The notes under the pieces were generated by a model. The model saw only the letters and a list, made by a program, of their open reading frames with translations. It had not been told where the DNA came from and made no database searches. From NCBI GenBank assembly GCA_963797095.1, contig CAWCNY010000003.1:384001-448000 (forward strand): a stretch of 64,000 nucleotides of DNA. Direction: 5' to 3'. The position numbers were made by a program, and so were the translations under genes. Source of the DNA: an uncultured Chloroflexia bacterium (GTDB taxonomy: Bacteria; Chloroflexota; Chloroflexia; QHBQ01; JADMIH01). Positions 59,829 to 64,000 of the stretch are shown here, piece after piece (position 1 is the first letter of the stretch; each line of letters opens with the position of its first letter).

Positions 59829-60761
59829 CTATTGTGATTTGCTTAACTTGACGCGGATGGGGTTAGGGCCAACAAGCAGAATCTTGTTGCGCCAGGGATC
59901 CTCAACCACTACGCCCCCTGGTTCACTCCGATCCGGCACACCCGCAGCATCCAATCGGCCAAGCACCTCATTCCGCGCCTGCTCGTCAGGCAAATGAACC
60001 GTGAAATACTGCAACCCCACGTTCTTTTCCGGGGCCGGGCCTCGGCCCCTGCTGTGCCAGATGTTCATCCCGATGTGGTGATGATACCCCCCTGCGCTGA
60101 CGAACAGCGCTCCCATCCGCTCCATATCCACAATAATATCGAAGCCAAGCACCCCGTGGTAGAACTCACGAGCCGTAGCGATATCGCCCACCTGTAGGTG
60201 TATATGCCCCATGTGCGTGCCCTCCGGCATGCCCATCCAAGGCTTACCCTCGCGCTCCGCCTCGCGCAGCACTCCTTCTACATCGACCGGGTCGCTCGCC
60301 ATCTGCAATTGCCCGTTGATCCTGGGCCACTCGTCGCGAGGACGGTCCCTGTAGATCTCGATGCCATGACCGTCCGGATCCTCAAGATACAGCGCCTCGC
60401 TCACCAGGTGGTCCCCCTGGCCCGGAAAAGGCATCCCCAAACCCAACCAGTGTCCCAGCCACCGCCCCAGGTCGGCGCGTGTCGGCATCAAGATCGCGAA
60501 GTGATACAGCCCCGTATAGCTGGCCCCACTCCTCGGCCACGGATACGCCCCCTTGCGCTCGGCCAGATGTATCAGCGGCATCTCGCCCGCGCCCAGCGTT
60601 GCTTCCTGGTCGTCTCGCTCCAAAACCCTGAATCCCAATCCCTGCGTGTAATACCTGAGCGACCGCTCAAGGTCGGACACCGTGAGGGACACCAACCCAA
60701 CATGCGTATCGGGGTGGATCGAGGCCGATCTTGCCTCTACCGACTTCTCTATGCTCGTCAT
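59829..60761 (-). CDS. VOC-family CatE-like catechol 2,3-dioxygenase
   Basis: GLYHFAIL.P, DHLVSEALY.EDPDGHGIEIY.DRP, GHIHL, GGYHHHIG.N.W. Confidence 0.9.
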   Translation of the reverse strand: MTSIEKSVEARSASIHPDTHVGLVSLTVSDLERSLRYYTQGLGFRVLERDDQEATLGAGEMPLIHLAERKGAYPWPRSGASYTGLYHFAILMPTRADLGRWLGHWLGLGMPFPGQGDHLVSEALYLEDPDGHGIEIYRDRPRDEWPRINGQLQMASDPVDVEGVLREAEREGKPWMGMPEGTHMGHIHLQVGDIATAREFYHGVLGFDIIVDMERMGALFVSAGGYHHHIGMNIWHSRGRGPAPEKNVGLQYFTVHLPDEQARNEVLGRLDAAGVPDRSEPGGVVVEDPWRNKILLVGPNPIRVKLSKSQ

Positions 60762-60779
60762 TTTCTTCTCCTGTAACCT

Positions 60780-61211
60780 CTAATTTGCGGGCGCAAGCAC
60801 GTCGCTCAGCACATCGCCGATCGTCGAGCGTGCTAACTCCTCCTCCAATACCTGTCTGGCAGCCCGGTAGCGTCCCATCAGCGACTGCTGTATACCTCTC
60901 CCCACCGGACATCGAGGGTTCGGCTCCCGCGAGTGCATCGAGAAGAGCGGTTCGCTTTCATCCTCAACGGCACGATAAACGTCCCGCAAGGTGATCGCCT
61001 CCCCTTCCCGCGCCAGCCGCCAACCCCCACCGTTGCCGCCCTGCGAAGTAACCAGCCCGGCTCCGCGCAAGGTGCCCAGGATACGCCGGATGACCACGGG
61101 ATTCGTACTTACGCTCTCCGCGATATATTCAGACGTGAGCGGTTCGTCCCGCTGCTGAGCAAGCAAGGTCAAAGTGTGAACTGCCACAGTAAAACGGCTG
61201 TTATGACTCAT
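60780..61211 (-). CDS. Rrf2 family regulator (YwnA-like)
   Basis: NSRFTVAVH, S..IA.SV.TNPVVIRR, PNP.CPVG..I. Confidence 0.9.
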   Translation of the reverse strand: MSHNSRFTVAVHTLTLLAQQRDEPLTSEYIAESVSTNPVVIRRILGTLRGAGLVTSQGGNGGGWRLAREGEAITLRDVYRAVEDESEPLFSMHSREPNPRCPVGRGIQQSLMGRYRAARQVLEEELARSTIGDVLSDVLAPAN

Positions 61212-61230
61212 TTGTAGATATACCGTCCTT

Positions 61231-61267
61231 CCGTAACCATTATCGTTACAGTAACATCGCTTGTCAA
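61231..61267 (-). promoter_or_regulatory. Rrf2 operon promoter and operator
   Basis: TTGACA-N17-GATAAT overlapped by a GTAAC-N7-GTTAC dyad. Confidence 0.7.
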
Positions 61268-61286
61268 GCGTAGGCATGTCCCGGGC

Positions 61287-61379
61287 CAGGCCGCAGCCAA
61301 GACGTGTAGGGGCGAGGCATGCCTCGCCCCTACAACCAATTCTTCCTTCCTACAACATACCGACTTTGCAATCGCCCTG
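61287..61379. repeat. GTAG REP palindrome (61305-61334) within a MITE-like unit ending TTTGCAATCGCCCTG
   Basis: Core and ~20-nt flank match 13141-13192; right end is identical to the island TIR. Confidence 0.75.
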
Positions 61380-61445
61380 ATGCCTCAGGAAACCGCCCAG
61401 ACCGCCTTGCAAGCAGCACGGCCCTGTGATATAATTACAGTGCAA

Positions 61446-61469
61446 AACCCCACCCATGGGGGTAGGGTT
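61446..61469. promoter_or_regulatory. CsoR operator
   Basis: AACCCCACCCATGGGGGTAGGGTT C/G-tract dyad upstream of csoR. Confidence 0.65.
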
Positions 61470-61483
61470 AAGGAGAAATAACT

Positions 61484-61753
61484 ATGAGAACAGAAAGCGC
61501 CAAGCAAGAGGCCCTGAAGCGCCTCGCCTATATCGAAGGCCACCTACGGGGCATCCGCAAAATGGTCGAAGACGACCAGTACTGCGTTGACGTACTAAAG
61601 CAGACCTACGCGGTCCAGAAAGCCCTCGAAAAGTTCGAGAGCACCCTCCTACGTGGGCACCTCAATTCATGCGTCCCCGAAGGCATCCGAGAAGGCCGCG
61701 CCGAACAAGTAATAGATGAGCTAGCCGAGCTATACGAGCTAGCAAGGAAATGA
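61484..61753 (+). CDS. csoR: CsoR copper-sensing repressor
   Basis: RL..IEGH.RGI.KMVE.D.YC.DVL.Q; HL.SC. Confidence 0.92.
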   Translation: MRTESAKQEALKRLAYIEGHLRGIRKMVEDDQYCVDVLKQTYAVQKALEKFESTLLRGHLNSCVPEGIREGRAEQVIDELAELYELARK

Positions 61754-61839
61754 AACGTGACGAGTAACGAGTGACAAGTATGCGCCCTATTGCGCACTAA
61801 CCTACTGCCTGCCCAACTACTCGTCACTCGTCACTCGTC
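61752..61839. repeat. (GACGAGT)n...(ACTCGTC)n heptamer hairpin between csoR and copA
   Basis: Read directly from the sequence. Confidence 0.85.
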
Positions 61840-61853
61840 AAAGAGTCGTCTCC

Positions 61854-64000
61854 ATGTCAATCCAACAAACACAAACCACAGAAGATACCGAAGCCACCCT
61901 CCCCATAGAAGGCATGACCTGCGCTTCCTGCGTGCGTCGCGTCGAAAAAGCCCTTGCCAAACTGCCTGGAGTGGAACTTGCCAACGTCAACCTCGCCACC
62001 GAGCAGGCCACCGTCCGCTACAATCCCTCCCTCATAGGTCGCGACGAATTCCGCCGCGCCGTAGAAAAGGCGGGGTACGGCCTGGAAGACGAACCCCGAA
62101 CCACGCACGACGAAAGCTCCACACAATCCGAGGCTGCGCAGCTATCCAGAAAGAAGGGTCTTCTTTCGTCCTTCGTCTTTCGTCCTTCGTCCTCAACCGC
62201 GTCCCTCCGCCTCAAGTTCATAGTCAGCCTGATTGCCGGCCTCCTGATCATGGCCGGGATGTTTATCCCACTATCATGGCTCCCCATCTCAATAGAGGTT
62301 CGCTACTACATCATGTTCCTCCTCGCCACCCCCGTCCAACTGTGGGCAGGCTGGCAGTTCTACAAGGGCGCATGGCAGGCCACCCGCCACCTCGCCACCA
62401 ACATGAACACGCTAATCGCGGTCGGCACCTCCGTCGCCTACCTCTACAGTGTCTTCATAACCTTCTTCCCCGACACTGTGAGCCGCGCGGGTCTCCTGCC
62501 CGAAGCCTACTACGATACCTCCACCCTCATCATCGCCCTCATCCTAATGGGCCGCTATTTCGAGGCGCGTGCCAAAGGCCGCACAGGCGATGCCATCAAG
62601 AAGCTGATGGGTCTCGCACCCCGCACCGCCCGCCTCGTGCGTGGCGACCAGGAAATCGACGTGCCAATCGAGCAGGTACAACCCGGCGACCTCCTTCGCG
62701 TGCGCCCAGGTGACAAAGTACCCGTGGACGGTGTGATCGCCGAAGGTCACTCATCTCTCGACGAATCGATGCTCACAGGCGAGAGCCTCCCCGTGGACAA
62801 GACCCCAGGCGACAAAGTGATCGGCGCTACCATCAACAAGAGCGGCTCCTTCCTCTTCCGAGCCACCAAAGTAGGCAAAGACACCGCCCTCGCGCAGATA
62901 GTTCGCATGGTCGAGGAGGCACAAGGCTCCAAAGCCCCCATCCAGCGTCTTGCCGACGAGATCTCGTCCTACTTCGTGCCCGCCGTGCTGGTCCTCTCCG
63001 CCATTACCTTCGTCCTCTGGTTCTGGCTGGGCCCCGAACCGAAGTTCACCCTCTCCCTCATCTCGATGATCTCCGTCCTCATCATCGCTTGCCCCTGCGC
63101 GCTCGGCCTCGCCACCCCCACCGCCATCATGGTCGGCACGGGCAAAGGCGCTGAATACGGCATCCTGATAAGAGGCGGCGAAGCCCTCGAAAGCGCCCAC
63201 AAGATCAACGCCATAGTCCTCGACAAAACAGGCACCCTGACGCGAGGCAAACCCACAGTCACCGACATAATTACCGCCCAAAACAACGGCACGAACGACG
63301 ATACGCAATACGCAGTACGCAATACGCAATACGCAGTACGCAATACGCAGTACGCAATAACCCCATATCCCCCCAATCCCCTACTCCGCATTCCGAACTC
63401 CGAACTCCTCTCCCTTGTCGCATCAGCCGAAAAAGGCTCCGAGCACCCATTGGGCGAGGCAATCGTAAGCTATGCCACCGGCCAAAACCTGGTCCTCACC
63501 TCCGCGCACGATTTCCAGGCCCTTTCCGGCCTCGGCATCTCGGCCCAGGTAGACGGGCGCTCTATTCTGGTCGGCAACGAACGTCTCCTGATCGATAACA
63601 GCGTCACCCTCAACGGCCTTGGCGACCGGGGCCGCACCCTCGCTCTCGAAGGCAAGACACCCATGTACGTTGCCATCGACGGCCAGCCTGCTGGCATCGT
63701 CGCCGTGGCCGACACCATCAAGCCGGAGTCGCGTCAGGCCGTCCGCGAGCTTGAGGCCCTCGGTCTCGAAGTATGGATGCTCACAGGCGACAACGAGGCC
63801 ACCGCTCACGCCATCGCCTCACAGCTTGGCATCCGCAACGTCATCGCAAACGTCCTCCCCGACCAGAAAGCCGCCAGGGTGGCCGAGCTACAGGCCGCTG
63901 GCAAGAAGGTAGCGATGGTAGGCGACGGCATCAACGACGCCCCCGCCCTCGCCCGCGCCGACCTCGGTATCGCCATCGGCACCGGGGCCGACATAGCAAT
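61854..64000 (+). CDS. copA: Cu(I)-translocating P1B-ATPase, 3'-truncated by the window
   Basis: [37 protein letters not shown] and [10 protein letters not shown] in one frame. Confidence 0.95.
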   Translation, partial: MSIQQTQTTEDTEATLPIEGMTCASCVRRVEKALAKLPGVELANVNLATEQATVRYNPSLIGRDEFRRAVEKAGYGLEDEPRTTHDESSTQSEAAQLSRKKGLLSSFVFRPSSSTASLRLKFIVSLIAGLLIMAGMFIPLSWLPISIEVRYYIMFLLATPVQLWAGWQFYKGAWQATRHLATNMNTLIAVGTSVAYLYSVFITFFPDTVSRAGLLPEAYYDTSTLIIALILMGRYFEARAKGRTGDAIKKLMGLAPRTARLVRGDQEIDVPIEQVQPGDLLRVRPGDKVPVDGVIAEGHSSLDESMLTGESLPVDKTPGDKVIGATINKSGSFLFRATKVGKDTALAQIVRMVEEAQGSKAPIQRLADEISSYFVPAVLVLSAITFVLWFWLGPEPKFTLSLISMISVLIIACPCALGLATPTAIMVGTGKGAEYGILIRGGEALESAHKINAIVLDKTGTLTRGKPTVTDIITAQNNGTNDDTQYAVRNTQYAVRNTQYAITPYPPNPLLRIPNSELLSLVASAEKGSEHPLGEAIVSYATGQNLVLTSAHDFQALSGLGISAQVDGRSILVGNERLLIDNSVTLNGLGDRGRTLALEGKTPMYVAIDGQPAGIVAVADTIKPESRQAVRELEALGLEVWMLTGDNEATAHAIASQLGIRNVIANVLPDQKAARVAELQAAGKKVAMVGDGINDAPALARADLGIAIGTGADIA
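63302..63357 (+). repeat. (TACGCAR)x8 array inside copA, reading frame preserved
   Basis: Translates [19 protein letters not shown] between DKTGT and SEHPL. Confidence 0.92.

Noticed and set aside
62751-63462. Minus-strand ORFs with IAYCVLR repeats (likewise 14722..15078, LELGTWN)
   Set aside because: These are translations of heptamer arrays, antisense to or overlapping real genes.

Overview
A GC-rich bacterial chromosome segment, most likely Chloroflexota (class Chloroflexia), judged from the many secreted proteins carrying YFERAVFE and ERTD..YFDKSRME..FERR surface domains. 1-40.5 kb is mostly core genome: an intein-containing PcrA/UvrD, secreted surface proteins, a divergent tgt next to a 16S G1405 (Rmt/ArmA-type) methyltransferase, pepF, sucC, cystathionine beta-synthase, recF, nadK-tlyA-ruvC-yebC and an ECF sigma/anti-sigma pair. 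40667-51747 is an 11-kb nested mobile island bounded by 13-bp inverted repeats and a 10-bp target duplication, with group II intron 3' remnants at both ends. It holds an rve-integrase IS split by a 3.55-kb large-serine-recombinase element, two TA pairs, a xylonate dehydratase with an XylR operator and a Tn3 fragment. The most striking feature is the serine-recombinase element. Its DUF5372-like gene is cut by the att site, so it gains its RBS and ATG (coupled to the recombinase stop) only in the excised circle, and its HTH gene ends in an A7 slippery site followed by an H-type pseudoknot. 52-64 kb holds an SLH protein, an ars operon with an unannotated 22-aa/8-Cys peptide, a BrnTA pair, a TnpB/IS605 right-end remnant, Rrf2-catE and csoR-copA. 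Heptamer tandem-repeat hairpins mark many gene junctions and also sit in frame inside CopA. All calls come from motif recognition by eye; no searches were run.
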